DNA of 64,000 bases from a bacterium. Lineage in GTDB: Bacteria > ARS69. Location of the stretch: contig JAXLTI010000003.1 of NCBI GenBank assembly GCA_046330135.1, positions 1,128,221 to 1,192,220 on the forward strand, given 5' to 3'. This document shows positions 19,298 through 28,294 of this stretch, piece after piece (the stretch's first letter is position 1; each line of letters opens with the position of its first letter). The notes beneath the pieces are model-generated. The model was not told the DNA's origin and ran no database searches. It saw only the letters and a program-made list of their open reading frames with translations. A program made the translations under genes and the position numbers.

Positions 19298-19332
19298 TCG
19301 CGGTCGCGGGCGTCGTAATCGCCCGCGACCGC
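19298..19332 (+). terminator. Terminator-like hairpin after the BNR gene
   Basis: Perfect 13-bp inverted repeat GCGGTCGCGGGCG-tcgtaatc-CGCCCGCGACCGC starting 10 nt after the stop. No U-tract. Confidence 0.35.
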
Positions 19333-19471
19333 CGTCGGGCAGCGTCCTGGACGCCACTCCGAGCGCGCAAAGCCTTCCCGGGGCGGTCGGAACGCAGTAC
19401 CTTCGCCGATCGCTCCGGGGGCTTCGGCCGCCGGCCGTCTCGCTCCATCAGACCGCTGACCGGATGACCCC

Positions 19472-20056
19472 ATGACGCTGCGCACCGCCTCGCTCGGGAT
19501 CCTCCTCGCTCTCACCGTCGCTGCGCCGCCCCCTTCCCGGGCGGAGGACAATCCGCCGCCCGCCGCGGAAGGCGCCTCGCGCGCCAAGGCGCCAGGCTTC
19601 CACGTGGTCGACGTCAAGGGCGACAAGGTCTCCCTCGACGATCTCCTGGGGAAGGGCCCGGTCGTCATCGACTTCTGGGCGACGTGGTGCAAGCCGTGCA
19701 TCAAGGAGCTGCCGTACCTGCAACGGATCCTCGATCAATACGGGAAGAGAGGCGTGCAGGTGTGCGCGGTCACCATCGACTCGCCGAAGTCGCAGAGCCA
19801 GGTGAAGAAGTTCGTCGACACGCGCAACTACACGTTCCGCGTGCTGATGGACGGGGACCAGGAGGTCTTCCACAAGCTCCAGGGCAAGGGCTCCATCCCG
19901 TACGTGGTCGTGCTCGACTCGCAGGGCTTCATGCGGTTCCAGCACACGGGCTACGTGCCCGGGAACGAGAAGGAGATCGAGCGCGTGGTCGTGGAGCTGC
20001 TCGGCGGAGCGGGAGAGGCCCCTCAGGCGGAGGCCACGCCCGACACCACGAAGTGA
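19472..20056 (+). CDS. Secreted TlpA/ResA-like thiol-disulfide oxidoreductase (thioredoxin fold)
   Basis: Signal peptide, then DFWATWCKPC CxxC active site. Confidence 0.8.
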   Translation: MTLRTASLGILLALTVAAPPPSRAEDNPPPAAEGASRAKAPGFHVVDVKGDKVSLDDLLGKGPVVIDFWATWCKPCIKELPYLQRILDQYGKRGVQVCAVTIDSPKSQSQVKKFVDTRNYTFRVLMDGDQEVFHKLQGKGSIPYVVVLDSQGFMRFQHTGYVPGNEKEIERVVVELLGGAGEAPQAEATPDTTK

Positions 20057-21621
20057 GCCGGCGCCCGGGCCGCCCGACCGGCGGACGAAGGGGGCGCGCC
20101 GGGGCGTTCGCGATCGCATTCCTCACGGCGTCCGCGGCCGGCCTCGCCCGCGCCGACGACGACGCATCCACGCTCCGCATCAGCGCCACGGACAAGCTCG
20201 AGTACCGCCGCTTCGCCCACGAAGGCGTGCGCGAGGAGGCCTTCCGCAACCGGCTCGAGGTCTCCGGCTACCAGGGCATCTTCTCGGCGTGGCTCCGCCT
20301 CGAATCCCTGGAGCTCTCCAACGCCGCCGTGTACGACCCCTACGCCGTGGCGAAGACCGGCGTCACCGGCGAGCAGCGCATCGATCAGACCGAGGTCACG
20401 AAGCGGCTCTTCGGCGTGGAGACCGAGCACTTCCGCGTGCAGGCCGGCGACGTGTCGAACGTCTTCGGCCGCGGCCTCGCCATGTCGGTGTTCGAGGACG
20501 AGGAGCTGAACTTCGACACGCGCCTCGAAGGGGTCCGCGCGCGCGGAGAGAACGACCTCGGCGCCGCGACGGTCGTGGCCGGAAGCCAGCTCGGCAACCG
20601 CTTCCGGGGCGTCTTCGTGGAGCCGCGTCCGTTCGACCTCCGTGGTCCGTGGCCGAAGGCCCGCGCGCGGGTGGGCGGGAGCTTCGTGGAGGCGTGGGGC
20701 GCCACGGCGAACACGGACATCCTCCCGCGCGAGCAGCAGTCGGGCGGGCTCGCGGAGCTCGTGGTCGGGCCGGCCACGGTGTACGGCGAGTGGGTGGAGC
20801 GGGAATTCCCGGGGAAGGACGGGCTCGGCCACCTCGGAAAGCCGGGGCACGGCGGGTTCTTCTCGGGCGAGGTCACCACGCACGGCGTGACCTTCTCCGC
20901 CGAGCACAAGGACTTCTACCGCTTCGAGCACAAGTACCACGATCCGCCCACGACGTTGCGCCAGCACACGTGGACGAGCCTCCTGCGCGTGAACGGGCAG
21001 ATCCTCTCCGACATTCCCGACGACGACGTGAACGGGACGTTGCTCCAGGCCGAGTGGGCGCCGGGGACGTTCACGTCGTTCCTCGGGAGCTGGGCGCAGC
21101 TGGACAAGGACGTGGGCTCGGACCGTTTCCGCGAGGTCTATGGCGAAGCGAAGACCACGTGGCGGGAGAAGGTCTTCCTGACGGGTGCCGCCGCGGACTC
21201 CCGGGCCCACCTCGGGACCCAGCACGAGGAGCGGATCACCGGCCTCGGGGAGGACGTCATGCACCTCGACGACGTCAACAGCATCACCCTCGAGGGCGAG
21301 TGGGCGGAGGTGAAGCGTTTCGATGACACCACCTTCCGGTTCCAGGACCCCCGCAGGTTCCACGACCGGATCTTCGCGATCTCCTACGGCCGCTCGCCGT
21401 GGCTCGATCTCACGGTGACTCGCGAGGATACGGACGAAGGCGCGGCCACGGAGCCCCGCAGCGTCTGGGGCAACGTGATCGCGGAGATCAACGTGGCGGA
21501 CGGCCACGACGTCGTTCTGAGCTACGGGTCCGAGCGCGGCGGGTGGAAGTGCACGGGCGGAGTGTGCTTCTATGAACCGGAGTTCGAAGGGATGAAGATC
21601 AAATGGGTCGGTCGCTTCTAG
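20053..21621 (+). CDS. Predicted outer-membrane beta-barrel protein
   Basis: GTG overlapping the tlpA-like stop. Signal peptide AFAIAFLTASAAGLARA. Amphipathic beta-strand periodicity. C-terminal ...KIKWVGRF with terminal Phe. The track's 645-aa ORF from 19684 overlaps the tlpA-like gene and is an artifact. Confidence 0.5.
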   Translation: MSRRPGRPTGGRRGRAGAFAIAFLTASAAGLARADDDASTLRISATDKLEYRRFAHEGVREEAFRNRLEVSGYQGIFSAWLRLESLELSNAAVYDPYAVAKTGVTGEQRIDQTEVTKRLFGVETEHFRVQAGDVSNVFGRGLAMSVFEDEELNFDTRLEGVRARGENDLGAATVVAGSQLGNRFRGVFVEPRPFDLRGPWPKARARVGGSFVEAWGATANTDILPREQQSGGLAELVVGPATVYGEWVEREFPGKDGLGHLGKPGHGGFFSGEVTTHGVTFSAEHKDFYRFEHKYHDPPTTLRQHTWTSLLRVNGQILSDIPDDDVNGTLLQAEWAPGTFTSFLGSWAQLDKDVGSDRFREVYGEAKTTWREKVFLTGAAADSRAHLGTQHEERITGLGEDVMHLDDVNSITLEGEWAEVKRFDDTTFRFQDPRRFHDRIFAISYGRSPWLDLTVTREDTDEGAATEPRSVWGNVIAEINVADGHDVVLSYGSERGGWKCTGGVCFYEPEFEGMKIKWVGRF

Positions 21622-22841
21622 CCCTCGCAGCGGTCCTCTTCGTGGCGTCCTCCTGCTTCGAGGACGTGCCCCCGCCCACGCAGGGGTTCATCGAGATCGG
21701 CACCGGCGGCGTGTCCGGCGCGGAGGTGTTCCTGGACGGCGTCTCGCAGGGCGCGGCCGAGAAGCTCGGTCCCCTGGAGGCGGGCACGTACACGGTGAGC
21801 GTGGCGAAGCCGTACTACGACGTGGCGCCGGCGGACCGCGAGGTCGTGGTGCAGCCCACGAAGACCGCGCGCGTGGACTTCGCGATGACGCTGGTCGTGG
21901 TCGGTGCGGCGCACGTGACCGCCACGGACGAGCTTCTCGGCGGCGCGGTCGACGGCGCGGCCATCTTCATCCTGGACGGCTCCGGCACGCCGCAGCCCAC
22001 CGGGGTCGTCACGGACGCGTCCGGCAGCGCAACCCTCGAGCGCCTGCCGCCCGGCCCCACGCGGTTCCTCCTGCGCAAGGACGGGTTCGCGGACACCTCG
22101 CCGATCGCGGAGGACGTGCAGCCTTTCAACACCATCGACGTGGCGGCGCAGCTCGGGCCGCCGCGGGCAGTCCTCCTGGAGATGTTCACGTACGTCGTGT
22201 GTCCGAACTGCCCGCCGTCCTCCGCCGAGATTCGCGGGATGTACCGGGACAACGCCGGCACGCTCTTCGCGATCGAGTGGCACAGCGTGGCCGGGCTGCC
22301 GCTTTACGACGCGCGCTGGCACACGCACGAGATCTACTACCGCGGCACCAACTTCAACGGATGGCCGGCGGTGGTGGTTCAGGGCGGGGCCAACGACAGC
22401 CCGGCCGTGCTCGTGGACAGCAACGCGTCGGAGCTGGCCCAGTATCACGCCCGATTCGAGGCGCAGCGCGGCGCTTGCTCGAACGACTGCCCCGTGGCCG
22501 TGAAGGCGACCGGCACCATCGATGCTCTGGCCGCCACCTTCACGGTCCGTGTGAAGTGGCGGGGCGGCTCGTTGCCGGGCAACCTCGTGCTGCGGACCGC
22601 GTTGATCCAGCAGCTCGTGTCCGCTCCGGGGAACGACTCGCCCTACGACTTCGTGGCGCGCGATCTTCACGAGGAAGCGCTCACGTTGACGACGCCGGGC
22701 CAGGTTGTGGAATTCCCAGAATCCTTCATCATCTCCGGCACTTGGAACGCCGACAAGATGGATCTCGTGTCATACGTGCAGTCCGATGACACGCACGAGA
22801 TTCTGGCCGTTTGGGGGACGCGTCGTGTGACGCTCCCGTGA
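21603..22841 (+). CDS. Lipoprotein with thioredoxin-like CxxC (CPNC) module; Cys-containing paralog of the two downstream TGA-containing genes
   Basis: Lipoprotein-type signal (LFVASSC). Internal LLEMFTYVVCPNCPPS aligns with the EEFGxxxUxYCPxA segment of the downstream paralogs. Further conserved blocks (FAIEWH ~ LVHIDWH; YYRGTNFNGWPAVVVQGGAN ~ YYGVPAVPDVFFDGGNN). No T9SS CTD. Confidence 0.6.
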   Translation: MGRSLLALAAVLFVASSCFEDVPPPTQGFIEIGTGGVSGAEVFLDGVSQGAAEKLGPLEAGTYTVSVAKPYYDVAPADREVVVQPTKTARVDFAMTLVVVGAAHVTATDELLGGAVDGAAIFILDGSGTPQPTGVVTDASGSATLERLPPGPTRFLLRKDGFADTSPIAEDVQPFNTIDVAAQLGPPRAVLLEMFTYVVCPNCPPSSAEIRGMYRDNAGTLFAIEWHSVAGLPLYDARWHTHEIYYRGTNFNGWPAVVVQGGANDSPAVLVDSNASELAQYHARFEAQRGACSNDCPVAVKATGTIDALAATFTVRVKWRGGSLPGNLVLRTALIQQLVSAPGNDSPYDFVARDLHEEALTLTTPGQVVEFPESFIISGTWNADKMDLVSYVQSDDTHEILAVWGTRRVTLP

Positions 22842-22971
22842 GTCGGGGAGCTTGGCGCGGTCAACGTCAGGACAAGAGGACTCAAAGGAACACCACACCG
22901 GGCAACGGCCCGACCGCTTGTGCTAAAGTGGAGTCAGCTGTCCAAGTCCTTCAACTCGCACGGGGGTCCGC

Positions 22972-23736
22972 ATGAGACGGGCATTGGCAATCCTTGTGTT
23001 GGTCGCGGTCGTCACGATGGTTGGATGGTTCGGCGCGCCTTCGAACGCGCTCGCCTACGGGTACACGATCACGCCGCTCGGCTCGCTGACGCAGAGCTGG
23101 CCCGAGATCGACTTCACCGGGCCGTATTTCTACTTCCTGCTGAGGAACACAGCGGCGGTGGCGGACTCCTTCCATCTGGAGATCCAGAATCTCATCGTGT
23201 CGCCCGTGCCGCCGCAGGGCTACGAGTGGTTCCCGCAGGTCTGCTTGCGGCAGATCTGCTTCCCGGACAGCACCACGCTGCGCTTCGAGGCGGGTGTGCA
23301 GGACACGATCGGTGTGGACCTGGTCCCCTTCACCGACGGCGTCGGCAACGCGGACTTCGTCATGCACTCCGTGGGGAATCCGGCGCTCAACAGCACGTTC
23401 CATCTGAGGCTCTACGCGGGTACCGCGGCGGTGGGAGCGGGCATGCCGCCGAGCATCCCCACGCTGCAGCTCTCTCAGAGCGCACCGAATCCCGCGACCG
23501 GCCGCACCCGGATCCCGTTCATCCTGCCGCGCGAGGGACGCGCCACGCTGCGCGTCTACGACGCCGCAGGCAGGCTCGTCGAGACGCTCGTGGACGGAAC
23601 GCTCGCGGCCGGCGCGCACTCGGCCGAATGGACCGCTCGCACGGCGAGCGGGCAACTGCTGCCGGCGGGCGCGTATTTCTATCGCCTGGAGACTCCTCGC
23701 GGGTCTCTCTCGCGCAGCTTGATCCTGATTCGATGA
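22972..23736 (+). CDS. Small secreted protein with T9SS-type C-terminal sorting domain
   Basis: Signal peptide. C-terminus PNPATGRTRIPFILPREGRATLRVYDAAGRLVETLVDGTLAAGAHSAEW...GAYFYRLE. Confidence 0.6.
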   Translation: MRRALAILVLVAVVTMVGWFGAPSNALAYGYTITPLGSLTQSWPEIDFTGPYFYFLLRNTAAVADSFHLEIQNLIVSPVPPQGYEWFPQVCLRQICFPDSTTLRFEAGVQDTIGVDLVPFTDGVGNADFVMHSVGNPALNSTFHLRLYAGTAAVGAGMPPSIPTLQLSQSAPNPATGRTRIPFILPREGRATLRVYDAAGRLVETLVDGTLAAGAHSAEWTARTASGQLLPAGAYFYRLETPRGSLSRSLILIR

Positions 23737-23799
23737 CTCCGGACGTCTTCTCGCGTTAATCACCGGCCGGTCGGACCCGGCCTACGAAAGGAGCACGCA

Positions 23800-25812
23800 G
23801 TGAGAGCGAAGTGGTTAGCGCCGGTTCTGCTCGTGATCGGCTTCGTGATGATGGCGGTTCCCGCCTTCGCGGGGGTGCAGCGCACCACGATGGTGGAGGA
23901 GTTCGGGTATTTGTCTTGACCGTACTGCCCCTGGGCCCGTGCGGCCCTTCGGAACGTCGAGCTCGCCTACCCGAATGACGATCAGCTCGTCCACATCGAC
24001 TGGCATACGTCTGACGCCCTGGCGAACGGCTCGGGCGCAACACGTGCTAACTACTACGGCGTCCCGGCCGTTCCTGACGTGTTCTTCGACGGCGGCAACA
24101 ACGTTCTCGGCGCAGGCGACTCGGTGAGTGCCTACAGCGACTTCAGACCGCGCGTGGACGCCGCCTACGCGGTGCCCTCGAAGCTCATTATCAGCGCTCA
24201 GCTCGACCTGAACTCGAGCACGATGCTAGCCACAGTCACCACGGACGTGACTGTGGCGCCCGGCGAAACGATCGGGACACCGAGCGCCTGTAAGGTCCGC
24301 GCGGCGTTGACCGAGGACAACATCGTCAGGTGCTGCGAGCCCCACACCGGGCACCTGACTTGGAACTACATCTCTCGCGCGATGGTCTTCGAGGTTCCGC
24401 TCACCGACTCGCTTTCGGGCCAGACGCAGCACATCGTGCAGACGTTCCCGATCGACCCGTCGTGGAACATCCGGAACCTGCACGCGGCGGTGTGGGTCCA
24501 GCGCGACACGAACAAGAACATCCTCCAAGCGGCGAACGCCACGGTGGCGTACGAAGCCGTCCTCACGGATCTCGACCCCATCGTGGCGAAGGTCACGTCG
24601 GGGCCGAGCACCTTCGACGACCAGGTCACGAACACGGGCACGTTCAGCGATGACGTGACCCTGACGCTCGACGAGTCCACGCTGCCCTCTGGTTGGAGCG
24701 CGGACATCGTCTACAACTCGACGGTCTACCCGTCGACCGTCACGATCCCGAACATGGCGCATGGCCAGGTGGAGAACGTGAGCGTGCGTGTCACGCCGAA
24801 CGGACCCGGGGAGGGAACCGTTGCGCTCATCGCGGCGCCGTTCCACAACTCCACGTGGACGAACGTGCACCCGTACCACACGTTCTCGCAGACGCCGGCG
24901 ATCCTCTTCGTGGACGACGACAACGGCGCGTCCTTCGAAGGGAAGTACCAGAACGCGATCACCGGCGCCGGCTACTGGTCCGTGACGCAGACGGTGTCCA
25001 CGCAGGGCAATCCGCTCGCGAGCTACATCAACCTCTTCGACGCGCTCGTCTGGAACACCGACTCGCTCCAGACGAACACGATCGGCACGGCGCTCCAGAC
25101 CACGCTCATGAGCTACATGGACGGCGGCGGGAAGCTCTTCCTCGTCAGTCAGGGGATCCTGAACGAGCGCGGGCTCACGCCGATGGTCACGGGCTACCTC
25201 CGCGTGAGCGCGTTCACGCCGGACGTGGGCGGGGCGAGCGCGACCGGCCTCGCGGGGGATCCGATCGGGGACGGTCTGAGCTTCGCGGTCAGCCCGCCGT
25301 TCGTGAACAAGGCCGACGCGGTCACGCCGAACACCGGTGGCGTGGCTTGGTTGGACGCGGGCTTGAACCATGTGGCCGTGCGGTACGACTCGGGCGTCTA
25401 CCGGACGGTCTTCATGACGGCGCCCTTCGAGGGGATCGCGACACCCACGGATGCCACGGTGATGAAGCGGGTGCTCGACTGGCTCGTGCCGAACGACATC
25501 ACCGCGGTTCCCCCGGTGGCGGGACGGGACGAGAGCGGGCTGGCCCTCTGGCAGAACGCTCCCAACCCCTTCAGCGGCACCACCTCGTTGCTCTTCTCGA
25601 TGCCCCAGGCCGGGCACGCTCGCCTCACCGTCTACGACGTCGCGGGCCGCCGGGTGGCGAGCCTCGTCGATCGTCAGCTCGAGGCGGGGGCGCACTCGGT
25701 TGTCTGGGACGGCCGGGACGTGACCGGGGCGCGCACCGCGAGCGGGGTTTACCTGGTCCGCCTCACCGCGAACGGCCGGACGGTCAGCCGGGAGATGGTG
25801 CGGGTGAAGTAA
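23800..25812 (+). CDS. Putative secreted selenoprotein, paralog 1: thioredoxin-like U-P-Y-C module, large uncharacterised domain, T9SS C-terminal domain. In-frame TGA at 23917..23919 read as Sec
   Basis: GTG start 9 nt after AGGAG. Signal peptide VRAKWLAPVLLVIGFVMMAVPAFA|GVQ lies upstream of the TGA. The frame stays open from the TGA into the 577-aa ORF listed in the track. UxxC aligns with CPNC of gene 21603. C-terminus matches the T9SS CTD (NPFSGTTSLLFSMPQAGHARLTVYDVAGRRV...GVYLVRL). Confidence 0.6.
23933..23947 (+). promoter_or_regulatory. Putative bacterial SECIS hairpin, paralog 1
   Basis: GGGCC-CGUGC-GGCCC. Lies 13 nt downstream of the UGA. Loop identical to that of paralog 2. Confidence 0.5.
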
Positions 25813-25867
25813 AGGCGGATGCAGGAACACAGGTTCGGCGCCCGGCCGGGTCCGGGCGGCGACTCTC

Positions 25868-25906
25868 GGGGGGGCCGTCGGGCGACCGGCGGCCTCCCTT
25901 CTTGCC
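25868..25906 (+). terminator. Terminator-like hairpin after paralog 1
   Basis: GGGGGGCCGTCGG-gcga-CCGGCGGCCTCCC followed by TTCTTGCC. Confidence 0.45.
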
Positions 25907-26059
25907 GATTGGGGGCCGATCCGCGACCAACCCGGTGCCCCGGTGGCACTCGGTGTGGTATTTTGGAGCCAGTTGCCTAACCCCCACGGCAGCGGTGCGC
26001 CATGTAGGTCCGGCTCCTCTCTCCCGGCCGGTGCTCACCGGCTTCGAAAGGAGATCCCT

Positions 26060-28096
26060 GTGAGAGCAAGGTCCCTCACGAAGGTCCTTTTCCTCCTCCT
26101 CGGCGCCGTGCTCTTCGCCGCGCCCGCTCTGGCGACAGTCCAGCGGACGATGCTCGTCGAAGAGTTCGGCTGGTGGAATTGAACGTACTGCCCCTACGCC
26201 CGTGCGGCGTTGCGGATGACGGAACGGCAGGACTACCCCGACAAGACCCAGCTCGTCCACCTCGACTGGCACTTCAACGACGCGGTGCTCGGTAACCCCA
26301 GCTCGACGGCGCGCGCCCAGTACTACGCCGCGAACTCCGCTCCCGACGTCTGGTTCGACGGCAGCCAGCACGTCGTCGGCGCCGGCGACTCCGTGGGGAC
26401 GTACAACACGTACAAGCCGATCCTCGCGGCGCACTACATCGATCCGTCGCAGCTGCTCGTGTCGGTGACGCTCGATCTGAACTCGATCACGTTGACCGGT
26501 ACGTCCACGGTGAACGTCCAGGTGGCGCCGGGGGAGACCATCAACCTCCCCTCCAACTGCAAGATCCGGTGCGCGCTCTACGAAGACGCGGTGCCCCTGG
26601 GCGGCGGCAGAACGGAGCCGCACACCGGGAACACCACCATGAACTACATCGCCCGGCTGATGATCACCGAGACCACGCTCACGGCGACGAACTCGGGCGA
26701 TACCCAGCAGGTGGTGACGAACTTCAGTATCGATCCGACGTGGAAGATCCAGGATCTGCACGCGGTGGCATTCGTTCAGCGCGATACGAACAAGAAGGTG
26801 CTGCAGGCGGGCTTCTCCCCGGCGCAGTACCAGGTTCTCGTGTCCGATCTCGGTACCCCCGTGGCGCGGGTCAACAGCGGTGCCAAGGACTTCAACTCCC
26901 AGGTCCTGTACCAGGGCACCGTCAACGACGACGTGCTGCTGACGCTCGACAAGTCGGCCCTGCCCGTCGGATGGGACGCTGCGATCGTGTGGAACGGCAA
27001 CTCGTACCCCACGACGCTCACGATCCCGAACATGACGAAGGACCAGCAGGAGGCGATCACGGTCCGCGTGACTCCGTCGGCCCCGGGGATGGGGACGGTG
27101 GGATTCTCCGTGGAGCCCGTGTCGCTGCCGCCGGCCGCGCAGAATCACAGCTACATCACGTTCTACCAGCGGCCGAAGCTGCTCTTCGTGGACGACGACA
27201 ACGGCGCCCACCTGGAGACGTACTACCAGAATGCGCTCGCCAGCGCCGGCTACTTCGCGCTCGGACACGACGTCGCAGCCCTCAACGGAGCCACTCCGCC
27301 GGTGAGCTGGATGTCGAACTTCGACGCCGTCATCTGGAACACGGATTCGCTCCAGGTGCTGACGCTCGGCGGACCGCAGCAGGCTGATCTCATCAGCTAT
27401 CTGGACGGCGGCGGCCGGCTGTTCCTCTGCAGCCAGGGATTCCTGAACGATCGCGGGCTCGTGGCCCTCACCACGAACTACCTCCGGGTGAGCGCGTTCA
27501 CCCGGGACGTAGGTGCTCCGACCGTCACGGGCGTCGCCGGAGACCCGATCGGGGACGGCATGAGCTTCGCCGTCACCCCGCCCTTCACCAACCTGGCGGA
27601 TGCGTTGACGCCGGGCGTGGGGGCGGCGCCGTGGCTGGACTCGGGCGCGAATCACGTCGCCATGCGCTACGACAGCGGCGTCTTCAAGACCGTGCTCCTG
27701 ACCGCGCCGTTCGAGGGCATCGCTGCGCCCAACGACGCGCTGGTCATGCAGCGCGTGCTCCAGTGGCTCGTGCCGGATACGGCCACGGATGCTCCGGTGA
27801 TCGGTGGGCAGGTGGCGGGCGGTCTGGCGTTGTTCCAGAACGTCCCGAACCCGTTCAGCGGCACCACGTCGCTGCGCTTCTCGCTGCCGGCGGCCGGCCA
27901 CGTGGGCCTGGCCATCTACGACGTCGCGGGTCGCCGCGTGGCGAGCCTCGTCGATCGCAGGCTGGAAGCGGGCACGCACTCGTTCGATTGGGACGGGCGT
28001 GACGTCACGGGCGCGCGGGTCGCGAGCGGCGTGTACCTCGTCCGTCTCAAGGCCGGCAACGAAACCGTCAGCCGCGAGATGGTGCGGGTGCACTAG
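26060..28096 (+). CDS. Putative secreted selenoprotein, paralog 2: U-T-Y-C module, large uncharacterised domain, T9SS C-terminal domain. In-frame TGA at 26180..26182 read as Sec
   Basis: GTG start after AGGAG. Signal peptide VRARSLTKVLFLLLGAVLFAAPALA|TVQ is listed in the track as a separate 79-aa ORF ending at the TGA. That ORF is in frame with the 628-aa ORF beginning 9 codons later. T9SS CTD at the C-terminus. Confidence 0.6.
26196..26210 (+). promoter_or_regulatory. Putative bacterial SECIS hairpin, paralog 2
   Basis: ACGCC-CGUGC-GGCGU. Lies 13 nt downstream of the UGA. Two stem base pairs covary relative to paralog 1 (G-C to A-U, G-C to C-G). Confidence 0.5.
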
Positions 28097-28136
28097 CAGA
28101 GAGCGGCGCGGCGGGTCCGCGCGTCGCAGCTTCGGC

Positions 28137-28172
28137 GGGGGCCGTCGGCGTGACCGGCGGCCCCCGTTTCGT
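28137..28172 (+). terminator. Terminator-like hairpin after paralog 2
   Basis: GGGGGCCGTCGG-cgtga-CCGGCGGCCCCC followed by GTTTCGT. Homologous to the hairpin after paralog 1. Confidence 0.45.
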
Positions 28173-28294
28173 CGGGCCTTCGCGCTTCGTCCGGTCGCCC
28201 GGTCTTCGGGCTCGGTCTTCGCGCTCGGTCTTCTCGTTCGGCCTTCCGCGTTGCGGCGCTTCGGGCGAGAATCCGCCGGAAGAGTGAGGAGACC

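Noticed and set aside
19684-21621. 645-aa ORF as a single gene
   Set aside because: Its first roughly 120 codons overlap the tlpA-like gene in another frame and are Arg/Gly-rich. A GTG at 20053, overlapping the tlpA-like stop, immediately precedes a clean signal peptide, so the OMP gene was started there.
23917-26182. Interpreting the two in-frame TGAs as ordinary stops (pseudogenes, or a leader peptide plus a downstream start)
   Set aside because: Five points argue against an ordinary stop. The TGA sits at the same aligned column in both paralogs, where the third paralog has Cys of a CxxC. The frame continues without other stops. The only signal peptides lie upstream of the TGA, although the products carry export-dependent T9SS CTDs. 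No plausible start or signal peptide exists downstream of either TGA (the first candidates are an internal GTG 53 codons and a TTG 9 codons into conserved sequence). A conserved hairpin follows at identical spacing. This remains a hypothesis pending discovery of Sec machinery.
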